Positions 19,711-32,460 are shown, counted from the first letter of the stretch. The stretch is 64,000 bases of DNA from an uncultured Methanoregulaceae archaeon (GCA_963701095.1 OY969564.1:960001-1024000); one strand, 5' to 3'. Notes: a model not told the origin generated them from the letters alone. Numbers and translations are program-made.

Positions 19711-22700
19711 ATGATATCGGTCTTGTACGTTGATGATGAATCGGCGCTCCTTGAAGTGACCAAAAATTTTATGGAAAGGGGAGGTGGTTTTAAGGTCGAC
19801 ACTGCTATATCGGCACAGGAAGCCATTGAAAAACTAAAAGCGGAAAGGTACGATGCACTCGTCGCCGATTACCTTATGCAAGATATGGATGGCCTTGAAC
19901 TGCTCAAATACCTCCGGCCGCGGTGTAATGGCATGCCTTTTATTCTCTTTACCGGCAATGGTAGCGAAGAGATCGCCATCGATGCACTCAACTCCGGCGC
20001 TGATTTCTATGTTCAGAAAAAAGGATCGCCCCGGACCCAGTTTGCAGAACTCGAAACAAAGATACGATCAGCAGTCGCACGGCGCCAGAACGAACTGACA
20101 TTACGCCAGACAGAAAGGGATCTCCGTTCATTGGTGGATCAGCTTGCTGACGTGATCTTTACCCTCAGTGAAGAGGGACTGATAACGTACATCAGCCCCC
20201 CGGTAGCCCAATTCGGTTATGCGCCACAGGATCTCATCGGTAAAGATTTTGCTATTCTTGTCGGCGCAGAAGATATTCCATCAGTCGCACATCATTTTGC
20301 CGATATAAAACAGGGACTATCCAAATCGTTTGAGTTCAGGTTGGTGGATACAAGCGGCCACCTGCACGTCGTGTATTCATCGTTTAGTCCCCGTTTGGAC
20401 AACGGGCAGTTTAATGGCTGCCAAGGCACCCTTGCAGATATTACCGCAACAAAAAAAGATACTCAAGACGCACAAAAGATCATCGATCAACATCAGATGC
20501 TTTTTGATCTTTCTCCTGATGGGATACTTATTGTTGATCCGGGAACCGGCATACCTGTCGAATTTAATGAAGCCGCATGCCGCCAGTTGGGCTATACCCG
20601 GGAAGAACTCCTGGGTCTTTGCCTCTTTGACATCGAGGTTGCAGATGATCCCCAGAAACTAAAGGAAAAGATTCCCGAAATTCTGCAGAAAGGTAGTATA
20701 ACATTCGGGATCAGGTACCAGACCAAAGAGGGCAGCATCCGCGACATTGTAGTGACTGCCCGGGTCGTTGAAGAAGGGACATTAAAGAAAATTGGTCTGA
20801 TCCTTCATGAGGTCACTGACGATCAGAAGCAGAAAAAGATCTTAGAAGAACGGGCTCTTGGATCAGAATCAATCTTCAGACTGGCACCTCTTGCCCAACT
20901 GACCCTTGCCCCGGATGGTACCGTAACCGGAATTAATCAGACCGGAACAGAGATACTCGGCCGTACCCGGATGAGATTCTGGGGAAATCCCTCGCTGAAT
21001 TCGTCGAAAACGGCGACCGTGAGCGGTTCTCCCAGGCACTTGACGATCTGGTGCGATCCGGCAGGATCCAGAGAGAACAATTTTCTCTGGTTTCTCATGA
21101 TAACAAGAGGGTTAACGTTTCAGTCGAAGGGTCTATTGTCCGCACCGATGACGGAAAGATCCGCCTGCTGCTGGTTACGCTTACCGACATCACCGATCAG
21201 ATAAAGAAAACCGAAGAGATTGAGGCTGCCGCTGTTTCTGCCGGCGGCGTCATTGCCGGTGCCCGTGACGGTATTCTGGTTTGCAATCAGGATCAGATTA
21301 TCACAGTCTGGAATCCTGCAATGGAGGATATTACCGGAACTGCATCCCGGGATGCGCTCGGGCATCACCTTGCTGAAATGCTGCCGTTCCTTGGGGAAAC
21401 CGGGGCAGACTCGCCAGCTTCACGTGCTCTTACCGGAGAAATTGTGGCTACACCGGATACACGTTATGAATATCCGGATACCGGTAAGAGCGGATGGGTA
21501 CGAGCAATCTTTTCACCCTTACGAGATCCCGCCGGGAAAATCTTCGGAACTATCGGCGTAGTACAGGAGATTACCGCCCGTACTAAAACGCTTTTAAAAG
21601 TGAAGGCAGCAAACAAGGTATTTTCAATCGGTGCATTTGTCGGTGCGAAAGCCCCGGTCGTCCACGATCTCCAGGAGTTATTAAGCGAAACCTGCCGGGT
21701 TGCTGTTGATAATGATGTCATAAACAGAGCATGGATAGGGCTCCTCGATCATACTACCGGCATCCTCCGTCCGGTAGCACAGGCAGGCGCCGGAGAAGGT
21801 TTACGCGCCGACGGATTTCTGGTCTCAACTGATCCGGGATGCAGCCTTGAAAAAGAGGCGATCAGGACAGGAGAACCTGTAGTCTGCACCGATACCATAA
21901 CTGACCAGGTCGCTCAGGCATTCAAAGATGCGGCACAAAGCGCCGGGTACAGGTCATTGTCGGTTATACCCTTCCGGTTCAACGGAACGGTCGTTGGCGT
22001 TATTACCCTTTGTTCTCCCCATCCGTATGCGTTTACGAATGAAGACACCGAAGTACTCGCGTACCTTGGCACTTCACTCTCGCTGGCACTCGATCTTCTC
22101 GATAAAAAAACCCTCCAGCGCCGGGCCGGCAGGGGAGGACACGGGAGCTGGGAACGTACCCGGTTCTTGGCTGGTGGAATCGAATCCGGAATTGTCCCGT
22201 TTGCTGCAGTGCAAGCCGACGGAACCGTATGGGTTGTGAACGCAGCACTCTGTACCTTACTCGGTTATACCGAAGACGAACTGCTCGGTCTCCCGCTGCC
22301 GCAGATCTTTGACGCATCTTCCCTGGATCGGCTCCTGCAGGTACTCCAGACTAAAACACCGGAACACTTGGAAACTACCATCAGGAAAAAAGATAACACC
22401 GATCTACCCGTTGAATTATTTCTCCAGGAAATACCTGACAAAACGAGTGGCCAGATGTGTGTCGGTGTCTTTATTACCGATTTCTCAGCAAGAAAGCAGA
22501 TTATAGACAATCTTGAGACGGACCAGAAAAAATATCATGCTTATTTTGAAAAATTGAGTGCTGCTGTTGTGATAACGGAGCCTGAAGGTCTGATTCTTGC
22601 CACAAACCCGGCTGCATGCGAGCTGCTTGGCCGGACCGAGAAGGAACTGTGCTCAGAGGAGGGGAACCTTGCCCGTGCCGGAGATCCCCGGTTTATCGAA

Positions 22701-24608
22701 CTGGTGAGATCGTGCAGGGAGAACGGCTCTGCACACACTGAACTGCGACTGGTGAAAGGCGATGGCTCAGCACTTGACGTATTCGTCGAAGGCACCCCAT
22801 TCCGGGATCAAAATGGCCGGCTGCTTCTGAACCTTATCATCCGGGATATCACCGGTGCAAAACATCCCCCGGGTGAAGAAGCGATCAAGGAAGAGGTAAC
22901 CGCCGCAATTCTCGACAGCCTTCCTTATCCTGTGCGGCGGGCGGATGCCGGCGGCATTGAACTGTTTTTCAACAAGGCGTGGCTGTCGTTTACCGGAAGA
23001 ACGCGAGAACAGGAGCAGGATAACGGTTGGATGGAAAATATTCATCCCGAAGACTGTGATACCTACAAAAATATCCTGAAGAAACAGGAAGGCATCAGGG
23101 AGCAATGGATCTCTCAATATCGTCTGAGGAGCTGTACCGGTGCATACCGTTGGATCCAGGAGATTTACACCCCCGATGCAAAAGGAACCGGATTTACCTG
23201 CTCCTGTTACGACATCCAGGAATTTAAAGAGGCACAAGCCGCATGTGATGAGAAAGAGGAGCAGTTCAAAGCAGTCTTTGAGAACATGTCCGATGCTGCA
23301 TTCCTCATCAGTGACAGCATTATTGACTGCAATATATCGGCGACCCGGCTGTTTGGCATATCCCGGGAGGATTTAATCGGACGTGAACTTTCGGATCTAT
23401 CACCCCAGTTCCAGCCTCACGGGCAGCAATCGATCGATGCTATCGGAACGTTCCTTGCAGGAGCACGCACGGGGACACCTCAGACATTTCCCTGGGTTGT
23501 ATTGAAGAACGATGGAGCGACAGCTGAGACAAACATTACCCTGAAAGTACTGGACACTACCAGGGAGCGTTATGTGCTTGCAGTGATCTCTGATCTGACC
23601 GAACAGCACAGGAAAGAACGCGAGATCCGGAGACTTGCCTCATATCCAGAAATGAACCCGAACCCGGTTATTGAAGTCCGGCCCGACCGTTCGATTACCT
23701 ATTCCAACCCCGCAACCGCGGCTGTACTGTCAGGTCTCGACCTTTCTGATGACCCCACGGTGTTCCTTCCGGCAGATTTTGACGAGATCGTTGTATCATT
23801 TGAAAAGAAACAGCCAATCGTGATCGTCCGGGTAGTTCCTCTCAAGGAGCGATCGTTCCAGGAGGCCATTTGCTTATCACCGGATTATGACCTCATACGG
23901 ATCTATGCGTATGACATTACCGACCGGGTCCAGGCGATGGATGCTCTTGCCTACGCTAACCACAAACTAAGCACGCTCACAAGCATAACACGCCACGACA
24001 TCCAGAATAAACTCACCGGCGTAAGGGGTTATCTAGAACTCCTGAAAGGATTGCTTCGTGATCCCATGCAAATCGAGTACCTGGAAAAAGCTGAAGCCGG
24101 TGCTGAAGCCATCGGGCGGCATATCGATTTTACCAAAGAATATGAATCTCTGGGAGGAACGGCTCCTGTTTGGCAGGAGATTTCGCCTGTCCTCACTGAA
24201 ATCAAGTCACACTTCGACCTTGGAGGGATTGGATTTGAAGGCCCATTACCGGGTTTTTCGGTCTTTGCTGACCCCATGTTTACCAAAGTCCTCTATAACC
24301 TCGTCGACAATTCGCTGCGCCACGGCGTACATGTCCGCCGTATCAGCATTAACGCTGCACCTTCAGAAACCGGGTGTATCCTCACCTATGAAGACGACGG
24401 TGTAGGAATCCCCAACGATAAAAAGGAACTTATTTTCGAACGCGGTTTTACGACATCCTCAGGTTCCGGGAAATCATCCGGACTCGGCCTGTTTCTTGCC
24501 CGTGATATCCTTGCCATTACCGGCATCGCTATTAAAGAGACAGGGACGCCCGGTTCGGGTTCGCGGTTTGAGATGTCCATTCCCCCGGGTAAGTGGCGAA
24601 ACGGGTAA
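19711..24608 (+). CDS. Large hybrid REC-(PAS)n-GAF-histidine kinase, frameshift near 20968
   Basis: N-terminal receiver (VLYVDDE, VADY), many PAS repeats, GAF, TRHDIQNK, NLVDNS, EDDGVGI, GLGLF; one extra base at CCGG fuses 19693-21204 with 21051-24608 (GRTRDEILGKSL). Confidence 0.88.
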
Positions 24609-24729
24609 GGATCCCTTTACAGAGATTTACCTAGGAAATCGGGTTACACTAATCCCCGGATATTTACGAAATTTCCTAACCTGAAATAAAAATGGTACTA
24701 ACCATACCCCAGATTATCTAAAAAAAAGA

Positions 24730-27408
24730 TTAATTCCCGTTCTTTCGGAACAGGACGATAACACCGCAAACTGAGAGAGCGCCGATGGCTGGTACCATGT
24801 CAAGAGCTGCATGGGGTGTATTTGTGGGAAGAGGAAGTTCGGTAGATGCAGGAGACGGAATAGCTGGTGCAGTTACCGGATCGTTTACGGTCGGTTCGGC
24901 AGTGGGTAAAAGCGTTGGATTTTTTATTGCCGGGGTGGGAGCCGGACCGGTATATCCGGAACTCTCTGCATTACCGGTGTTGAGCCAGTAATCAGTTCCG
25001 GCGCCGTGACCGCTACCAGAATGACCCGACGCCATTGCGGGGGCTATCCCTGAGATTGCAAATGGCGAGAAACTGGTAGTCGTTGCGGTGAAATGATCCT
25101 CGCCAGCCCCATCTGGTCCACTAACGAACGTTGTGGGAAGTGCCTGCCACGTTCCCGAGGTGTAGTGTTCTAGGACGAAATTCTGCGGGGAAAGTCCGTT
25201 GGCGGTTAGCCATGATTGCAGGACCGTAAAGGAGATCACTCCGGTTATTGGGCTGGTAGGGGAAATTGACGGTGTGATATCTACGTACTCACAAACGGTT
25301 CTGGGCGCCATGGGATCATTGAGGGGAGGGCCTGATAATCCCGTCGTAGTAATGGTAAGATCGGATAGATAATTGATATCGGTACTACTTACGGTAATAC
25401 TGATAATATTCGTGCCAGAATTGACTGCGGAAGTAACAAGGGTACTATACGTTCCATCGCCATTAACTGAAATAATATTTGCTGTCGCTGGTGCACTGAT
25501 CGTTTCTGGGCTCATTGTCGCGGTGACGGATATATTCTCGCTCGCCGTTAACGCTGATAAGCCGGTGACGTTCCAGATCCCGCCGGTTGCGGTTACTGGT
25601 GTCTGATCTACACCGCCAATACTCAGGACGACACTAGCACCTGATACCGCTGTGCCGTTAACACTGGTAGCTCCAACATAGACCGGAGTCGTGATTGCCG
25701 GAGTCGGAGTCGAACCTGCCCCATAGGTAAACTGATCCGCAGATGAGGTTGCACTGGTCCCCGCAGCAGTTTTTACTGTGACATGCACCTTGCCAGCGGT
25801 TCCTGCCGGGGAGTTTACCACGATCTGTGTTGCTGACGCAGACGTAAAGCCGGCAGCCGGGACATCCGTTGTCCCGAAATAGACATCCGTTGCCCCGGTA
25901 AAACCAGTGCCGGTTATCGTAACCGAAGTCCCGCCCGCGGGGGGACCGCTTGTGGGTGAGATACCGGTCACGACGGGTGGGGCGGCATAGATAAACTGAT
26001 CAGCAGAAGAGGTTGCACTAGTTCCCGCCGCAGTTTTTACCGTGACATCCACCATGCCGGCGGACCCTGCCGGGGAGTTTACCACAATCTGCGTATCTGA
26101 CAAAGAGGTAAAGCTGGCAGCTTGGACATCCGTCGTCCCGAAATAGACATCCGTTGCCCCGGTAAAACCAGTGCCGGTTATCGTAACCGAAGTCCCACCG
26201 GAGGTGGAACCGGTTGTGGGTGAGATACCGGTCACCTGAGGAGGTAGCCCGGTGATGGTGTAGATATACGCATCCCCAGACTCTCCTGAAGGAGTCAGGT
26301 CATTCCCCCCAGGTTCTCCGATAACCACCGTATTACCCGAGATCCCAACGCTCTGTCCGAAATATTCGTCTCCTTGGTAAATAGGCGCAGTGACATTTGT
26401 TATCTCATTCCACCCGTTGTTATACGTGTAAAGATAGGCGTCGCCAACGGCTCCGATGCCGGTTTTGCCCCACGGTTCTCCGACAACCACGGTATTCCCG
26501 GAGACCGCTACCGACTGCCCGAACTCATTACCATTATTTTTCGTATCAGCCATGAGGGTTCTGTTAAGGCTCCATGCTGATCCGGAGGAAGTATAGATAT
26601 CCACTCTCCCGACACCAATACTGTAATCAGGCTCACCGACGACAAGAGTATTCCCGGATAGTGCAAGTGAAGTCCCGAAACCGGTATTTGCCACTGAAGC
26701 ACTGACCTGTGCAGCCTGAGTCCATCCGCTACCGGTGTTTGTGAAAATGCACACTGTACCATAATTTAAAGATGGTTCTCCCACCGCAAGGGTATTTCCC
26801 GAGATTGCTACGACATTTCCAAAGTCAGTACCAGCGACGCCGTACAGGGTATAAACCGGCCCAGCATCCGGGTTGCCAGCGTTGTAGATATATACGGTGC
26901 TGTTTCCGGGTTCACCGACAACCAAAGTATTTCCGGATAGTGCAACAGACTTCCCGAAATTGCCATTATTTATCGGATTCGGGGAATGGACCTGTATGAC
27001 ATCAGGAAACCCCACATACGCCGCGCCAGCATCTTGTTTTGTAGCGTAAGTTGCCCCGGGTTCCCCGATTGCTACGTCGTTGTTGGAAATCGCTACTGAA
27101 GACCCGAAATAACTCTCTTCATCCGTCGGGTTGTCTGGGGAAAAACTTCCAGAAGGGTCCCATACACCATCGGTGACACCATAAAGCTCAGCAGTTCCAT
27201 GATCCTTATCATAATTCGGTTCCCCGACAAGCACAGCATTCCCGTAAATTGCCACGGCAGCCCCGAAATACCCATCAGCTACTGGATACTCCGGTGTGAT
27301 ATGCGAGGGGGGCAGAATGACGCTCGGAGTTGCCGCTGCCGGTGCTATAATGAGAAATGCGATTATCAAAAGTCCAACAAAAACCAGATCAATTCGTCTA
27401 AAACCCAT
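24730..27408 (-). CDS. Surface protein: FG-GAP beta-propeller, two IPT/TIG domains, PGF-pre-PGF-like domain, C-terminal anchor
   Basis: Signal peptide; about seven FG.(S/A)VA(I/L)SGNT(L/V)VVGEP repeats; two IPT domains; V..SWL...W..LPT...FSPFAI; Pro/Thr linker, TM helix and RK tail. Confidence 0.88.
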   Translation of the reverse strand: MGFRRIDLVFVGLLIIAFLIIAPAAATPSVILPPSHITPEYPVADGYFGAAVAIYGNAVLVGEPNYDKDHGTAELYGVTDGVWDPSGSFSPDNPTDEESYFGSSVAISNNDVAIGEPGATYATKQDAGAAYVGFPDVIQVHSPNPINNGNFGKSVALSGNTLVVGEPGNSTVYIYNAGNPDAGPVYTLYGVAGTDFGNVVAISGNTLAVGEPSLNYGTVCIFTNTGSGWTQAAQVSASVANTGFGTSLALSGNTLVVGEPDYSIGVGRVDIYTSSGSAWSLNRTLMADTKNNGNEFGQSVAVSGNTVVVGEPWGKTGIGAVGDAYLYTYNNGWNEITNVTAPIYQGDEYFGQSVGISGNTVVIGEPGGNDLTPSGESGDAYIYTITGLPPQVTGISPTTGSTSGGTSVTITGTGFTGATDVYFGTTDVQAASFTSLSDTQIVVNSPAGSAGMVDVTVKTAAGTSATSSADQFIYAAPPVVTGISPTSGPPAGGTSVTITGTGFTGATDVYFGTTDVPAAGFTSASATQIVVNSPAGTAGKVHVTVKTAAGTSATSSADQFTYGAGSTPTPAITTPVYVGATSVNGTAVSGASVVLSIGGVDQTPVTATGGIWNVTGLSALTASENISVTATMSPETISAPATANIISVNGDGTYSTLVTSAVNSGTNIISITVSSTDINYLSDLTITTTGLSGPPLNDPMAPRTVCEYVDITPSISPTSPITGVISFTVLQSWLTANGLSPQNFVLEHYTSGTWQALPTTFVSGPDGAGEDHFTATTTSFSPFAISGIAPAMASGHSGSGHGAGTDYWLNTGNAESSGYTGPAPTPAIKNPTLLPTAEPTVNDPVTAPAIPSPASTELPLPTNTPHAALDMVPAIGALSVCGVIVLFRKNGN
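25722..26236. repeat. Intragenic tandem duplication of an IPT/TIG domain (~264-bp period)
   Basis: Long identical stretch CCGAAATAGACATCCGTTGCCCCGGTAAAACCAGTGCCGGTTATCGTAACCGAAGTCCC at ~25874 and ~26138. Confidence 0.9.
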
Positions 27409-27825
27409 TTTTTACGACCTCAGCACGATAAATAAACCTGAGCGTACCTCATGCTATTCAGGCGCCATTGAGACCAAGCCCCATGCCAGATAATCCTGCA
27501 CACCCTGGTTATTATAACCTCGACATGACGATATATAGACATTACTATATATATTTTTTAACATTTTGTTAAGAATAGCAACCATTTTACACAGGTAATT
27601 TTATCTTAAAAACAGGAATAGACTCTACCACTATATTTTGCAAGAAAGTTCAAAGTGGATTGCTCAAAGAAAAGCAATATAAAACGCCGTGAAATGCGAC
27701 AAAAAATAATGAGTATTTGTTGAAGGAAAGAGTAACCTTAACTTGGACATAAGAGAAATGTCTTTAAAAAATTGTTTTTATTTTTACGTTATTATCAATA
27801 AACAAGGCGTAATTTAAAAAAAATC

Positions 27826-29671
27826 TCATATATACCGTGCCTTTAACGAGAGCCGGCGTGGTGTATACAGTGGGCGGAACGGTTTGCCCGCTATTTCTTC
27901 CTTGATGGCAGCCACAAGCGTTTCTTCAGTCATCTGTTCCTTGTGGGGCTTGTTTGGCTCAGATTTCCTTCGTATCGTAACCGTGAGCTTTTTATTATCC
28001 ATTTCCTCGTCACCAATAACGACAACATAGGGAACCCAGTCCATGCCGGCTTCACGGATTTTCTTACCTACGCTTTCATCACGGTCGTCAATATCGCACC
28101 GGATATTCTGTGCATTAAGGGTATCACAAATCTCCTTTGCATAAATGGCATGACGCTCGGCAACCGGAACAATACGGGCCTGGGCTGGTGAGAGCCAGGT
28201 CGGTAATGCCGGCACTTTCTGGGTCGAGATGTTCTCAAGAATTGCACAGATCACACGCTCAACACTTCCCGTCGGCGAGCAGTGAAGGATAGGTGGGTAC
28301 ACCGGCGTGCCATCATCCTTGTAGTATTTTATATTAAACCGCGTAGAACTCTCGACATCGATCTGGACGGTCGGGTTCTCTATCGGCCGGTTCTGGCCGT
28401 CAATAGCGGCAAGGTCGATCTTTGCTTCCCAGTAATGTACACGGTCGGACAGGATCTCGATGAGCATCGGGCAGCCGGAATCTTTTACGATTTTTTGTAC
28501 CCAGGCCTCATTTTCGTCATAGAACTTTTTCGTACACCGGAACGCTGCGACAAGCTGGGTTTCGAAATCCCTGCCGGTCTGCCAACCAATAGCGAGCTGT
28601 TCCTCGAAACATTTCATTGCCTCTGGCATATCGGTACACAGCGAATGCATATCGGGCATCGTAAAAGCGCGAAGACGCTTCAGACCGATTACTTCACCTT
28701 TCTGTTCATGCCTGAACGAGTAGGTGGAGAGCTCGTACATCTTTAAGGGAAGCGTATTTTTCGAGATATGCATATCCCGCATGATCGAGAACATGCCAAA
28801 ACACGCGGCAAACCGCAGCATCATATTCCGGTTGTTGCTTTTGAACCGGTACTGCCGTTCACCGAACTTATCCGCGTGCTCGTAGATTGCCTTGTCGCCA
28901 AGGTCGTACATGACCGGGGTCTCGACCGGGGTTGCACCGTACGGAAGAACGATGGCAAGGACATAATCGGCCAGAAGGTCACGGATGAGTTTTCCTTTTG
29001 GCATCCAGCGAAGACAACCAACATCACTTGCCGGCTCGTAATCGACAAGCTCTTTTGCCCGCATCAGACCTACATGGGCAGGCTCGCCACCGGTTGGTTC
29101 TGCTACACCCAGTTCCTTTTTTACAAGGCAGCCAAACGGCGACTTATCGAGGTATTTGTGGTAATCATGAGTCTTTCCGTCCGGGGTCATGACAAACCAG
29201 TCATGAGTGACCTCTTTCTTTCCCAGTTTCTTTGATACCGCTTCCCCTTCTTCACCGGGCACGATCGTCTTTGAGAGTTCAGAAAGAGGATGACCCTTGC
29301 AGGAGATCTTAAAAGATTTGTACCAGCCAAACGGCGCCCGTTTCACGGCAAATCCTTCTGCAGAAAGACCCTCCTTGAGGGCATTCAGGACCGGGACAGC
29401 CACTTCAGGCCGGGCAAGGTCGCTGGACAAATGGGCATAGGGATAAATAACGATCTTGTTCGTCTGGACTTGCCCCGCAGTCTTTTTTACTTCTTCAACA
29501 GCCTGAAGGATCACGCCTTCAAGGTCCTCTTCATCAACTGACTCGACTGCAGCAAAGACCGTAAGGGCATCTTCCTCCCGATCTGAAAGGACAGACTCCC
29601 TCCTCTGCCATCTTTGTCTTCTTTTTGGCTTCGTATTCGATGTAATCTGAATGTATCAGAAGAAGTCGCAT
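27826..29671 (-). CDS. thrS: Threonine--tRNA ligase (archaeal type), frameshift near 29598
   Basis: [10 protein letters not shown] start, YPYAHLS and RAPFGWYK editing domain, FRHEQ.GE...[23 protein letters not shown], anticodon-binding domain. Confidence 0.95.
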
Positions 29672-29812
29672 TACTTCATCTCCGTTCCGAACGTTATGCT
29701 TATAAAATGAGTTCTTAAGGTATATACCCCCATTGCCCCGATCTGGCCTTGCGGGCGAAGGGGAAGTCACATTGATAATATTCCTGATTCTACATACATA
29801 CACTGGGGAGAA

Positions 29813-31039
29813 TTGATGACCGCACATGTACTCTTTTTAAGTACTGTTCTTACGCAGGAGCGGTTGTCATGGGTGGAAGAGACCATCAAATGCTATTATC
29901 AGGAAATGCTGGCTAAACCGTCCGGAAACACCGCACCACTTCCGGCGGATTTTGCTATCTTTCTCACTGGCGACGCCCTGTACAGCCTGAGCGAGGCAGA
30001 ATCCCAAAATACCTGGTTGTCAATCCTTGCTTTGCCTCAGCTCACCCTGATCTGTGACGGTGATGCACGGGGAATCCGGGGCATATCCCTCACCCTATTG
30101 AAAGAGCGGTTTCCGGATAAGGTACGGGATTGCATAAGGGACAGCCCTGATGATTCGGCGTCATTTTGGAAGGTGATGATCACTCACGCCATTGAAGGAT
30201 CAGCAGGTGCTCACACCGGCTGGCTTCAAATCTCGTCACCGTATATGTTCCCCTCGGCAGAATATGGGATTCAATGCCTTTTTGCCGCTCTCGATCTCGA
30301 TTGCGGGATAACGTTATGCGCATATCTGGATGGGTGCCACATCGGTCATACCGGCCAGAACCCGGGAAGTACAGAGAATATTGGTGCAGCTATAGAGAAA
30401 CTGGGGAAGCGTGCAGCAGAGAAAAGTCTACCCTGTACTTTACTCGTAGACAGGGATAGTGCGGGGGCACGGGGTTATGTTTCCTGGGACGACGGGCTTG
30501 GCACCTTTGGCTCGCTCTGTATGATAAAACCGGCACATATCAGGAACAGCGATGTCCTTGTCCGCCATATAGGAACAATCCCAGTGCTCCTTTCGGAAAA
30601 TGCCGGTAGCACACAATTTTCTTCTCCCGGGCAAACAGATGATTCCCCGCAGATCAACTCAGTCGTTATCCTCATAACGCACAGTCCTTACACAACCGGG
30701 CATGCTTATGGCGGGATCGCACTTGCTGCTGCCTGTGCGCATCAGGGTATTCCTACAAGAGTCGTGTTTCTCGAAGAAGGTGTTCTGGCACTCACCGGAG
30801 ATCACCGTGTTCCTGCAGGATCAGAAATGTATACCTTACCTGAACTGATCTCGTATCTTGCCAGTACCAAGAACCTGCAGATCTCAGCCCTTACTACGTC
30901 CTTCCATATGCGGGGAATTTCAAAACACGGAACATTTGCACACATTCAGGATATTAATTTTTCCAACATGAGCCGTATCGTGTTTGGTTGCCCGGATGCA
31001 TCAGGGAAATGCAGCCATCAGCATATTCTGTTTTTCTAA
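29813..31039 (+). CDS. DsrE/F/H (TusBCD)-like multidomain sulfur-relay protein, paralogue 1
   Basis: [10 protein letters not shown]...ICD.D...RGI (DsrH-like), SPY...YLDG.H....Q.P (DsrE-like), ILITHSPY...VFLEEGV (DsrF-like); similar along its length to 41127-42350. Confidence 0.75.
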   Translation: MMTAHVLFLSTVLTQERLSWVEETIKCYYQEMLAKPSGNTAPLPADFAIFLTGDALYSLSEAESQNTWLSILALPQLTLICDGDARGIRGISLTLLKERFPDKVRDCIRDSPDDSASFWKVMITHAIEGSAGAHTGWLQISSPYMFPSAEYGIQCLFAALDLDCGITLCAYLDGCHIGHTGQNPGSTENIGAAIEKLGKRAAEKSLPCTLLVDRDSAGARGYVSWDDGLGTFGSLCMIKPAHIRNSDVLVRHIGTIPVLLSENAGSTQFSSPGQTDDSPQINSVVILITHSPYTTGHAYGGIALAAACAHQGIPTRVVFLEEGVLALTGDHRVPAGSEMYTLPELISYLASTKNLQISALTTSFHMRGISKHGTFAHIQDINFSNMSRIVFGCPDASGKCSHQHILFF

Positions 31040-31151
31040 AAAAAAAGGACGATACCGGGAAAATCCTGGCATGGGTATTGCTGCATTCCGGTAATACGAA
31101 AAGTGTCTTTTGAGAAAACCTATTCAATGAATCCCGGAAAAGAATAGTCCT

Positions 31152-32090
31152 ATGACGCCGCATAATCCCCAGCTTCTGGCAGCTGACAGGATTGAGATTA
31201 CCGTGCTTGTGGATAATTATATTGATATCTTTGTCCCTTCACAGAAATCCGTTGACTCACGGCCGCCGTTCGCACTGGACCGGCCTCTTCTTGCCGAGCA
31301 TGGATTTTCCTGTTATATCAGGATTTTTTCGAACGGGAAAGAACACGATACCTTGCTGGATACGGGTCTTTCATGCGGATGCATGCTCCATAACGCGGGT
31401 CAGTTGGGCATTAATCTTGCAAAGACTGAGTCTATTGTTCTGAGTCACGGGCATTTTGATCATACCGGTGGACTCTCTTCGTTCCTCCAGACAACCGGGC
31501 ACCAGATCCCCATAGTGGTTCATCCGGATGCATTTCTTTCCCGACGGCTCCAGAGTAAGGGAAAAGACCTGGTCAAACTCCCAAAGCTTGATCCTATAGT
31601 CATGAAACAACATGGCGGGGATGTCATCGAGCGTTCAGATCCGTCAGTTCTTGCATCCGGTCATCTGCTGGTCACTGGAGAAATAGAAAGAACCGTATCA
31701 TTTGAGCAAGGATTTCCCGGGATGGAAGCCCATGTCGGCGACGAGTGGATCCCGGACCGGATATCTGACGATCAGGCTGTCGTTATCAATATAAAAGGCA
31801 AAGGTCTTGTTGTCATCAGCGGTTGCGCACACGCAGGGATAATTAACACGATCAGGTACGCACAAAAGATTACCGGTATCGACGCTATTTTAGGCGTTCT
31901 TGGCGGGTTCCACCTGACCGGGCCGCTTTTTGAACCCGTGATTGAACCCACGATAAAGGCTATGAAACAGATTAACCCGGTGTATATTGTCCCGATGCAT
32001 TGCACCGGCTGGGATGCTATAAACCGGTTCTTCTCAGCTTTTCCGGATGCATGTATATTGAACACGGTCGGTACCACTTACCGGTTTTAA
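31152..32090 (+). CDS. MBL-fold metallo-hydrolase (COG1237-like)
   Basis: LAEHGFS, LLDTG, LSHGHFDHTGG, SGCAHAG, GGFHL, PMHCTG. Confidence 0.88.
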   Translation: MTPHNPQLLAADRIEITVLVDNYIDIFVPSQKSVDSRPPFALDRPLLAEHGFSCYIRIFSNGKEHDTLLDTGLSCGCMLHNAGQLGINLAKTESIVLSHGHFDHTGGLSSFLQTTGHQIPIVVHPDAFLSRRLQSKGKDLVKLPKLDPIVMKQHGGDVIERSDPSVLASGHLLVTGEIERTVSFEQGFPGMEAHVGDEWIPDRISDDQAVVINIKGKGLVVISGCAHAGIINTIRYAQKITGIDAILGVLGGFHLTGPLFEPVIEPTIKAMKQINPVYIVPMHCTGWDAINRFFSAFPDACILNTVGTTYRF

Positions 32091-32460
32091 TCGCCTCTCT
32101 TTTACACTTGCTTACCTGCCTTGAGGCAACGACATGTGACCATGTACATTAGAGAGGTTTTCGCGCGTTGGCATGTTTTTTTATCAAGAACAGACACCAG
32201 CCAAAATCGAGAATTATTTTATTAAAAAAATATTCGACAAAGATTTGAGGAAAGGCAAAAAACGCATAATTCTGTATCACCGGATGTCAATATTAAGAGA
32301 AAAGTTAAGTCGTGGGTTAAACACTTGAGAGAATTCAAAAGACTGATTAACTTATACACATTTACCGTCAGCAAACATAACAATGTTTAATTACTGTTTC
32401 AAGGCCACTCTTAAATTAAGGAACTTGATTCCAGTAATTGTTTTTGTGTGTGTGATAGGT

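Noticed and set aside
29715..29745. GGCAATGG on the minus strand as a fluoride riboswitch start
   Set aside because: The downstream pairing and the conserved CUGAUG element are absent.
32132..32145. ACATG-N4-CATGT palindrome upstream of fwdG
   Set aside because: A single short occurrence far from the start codon that cannot be distinguished from chance.
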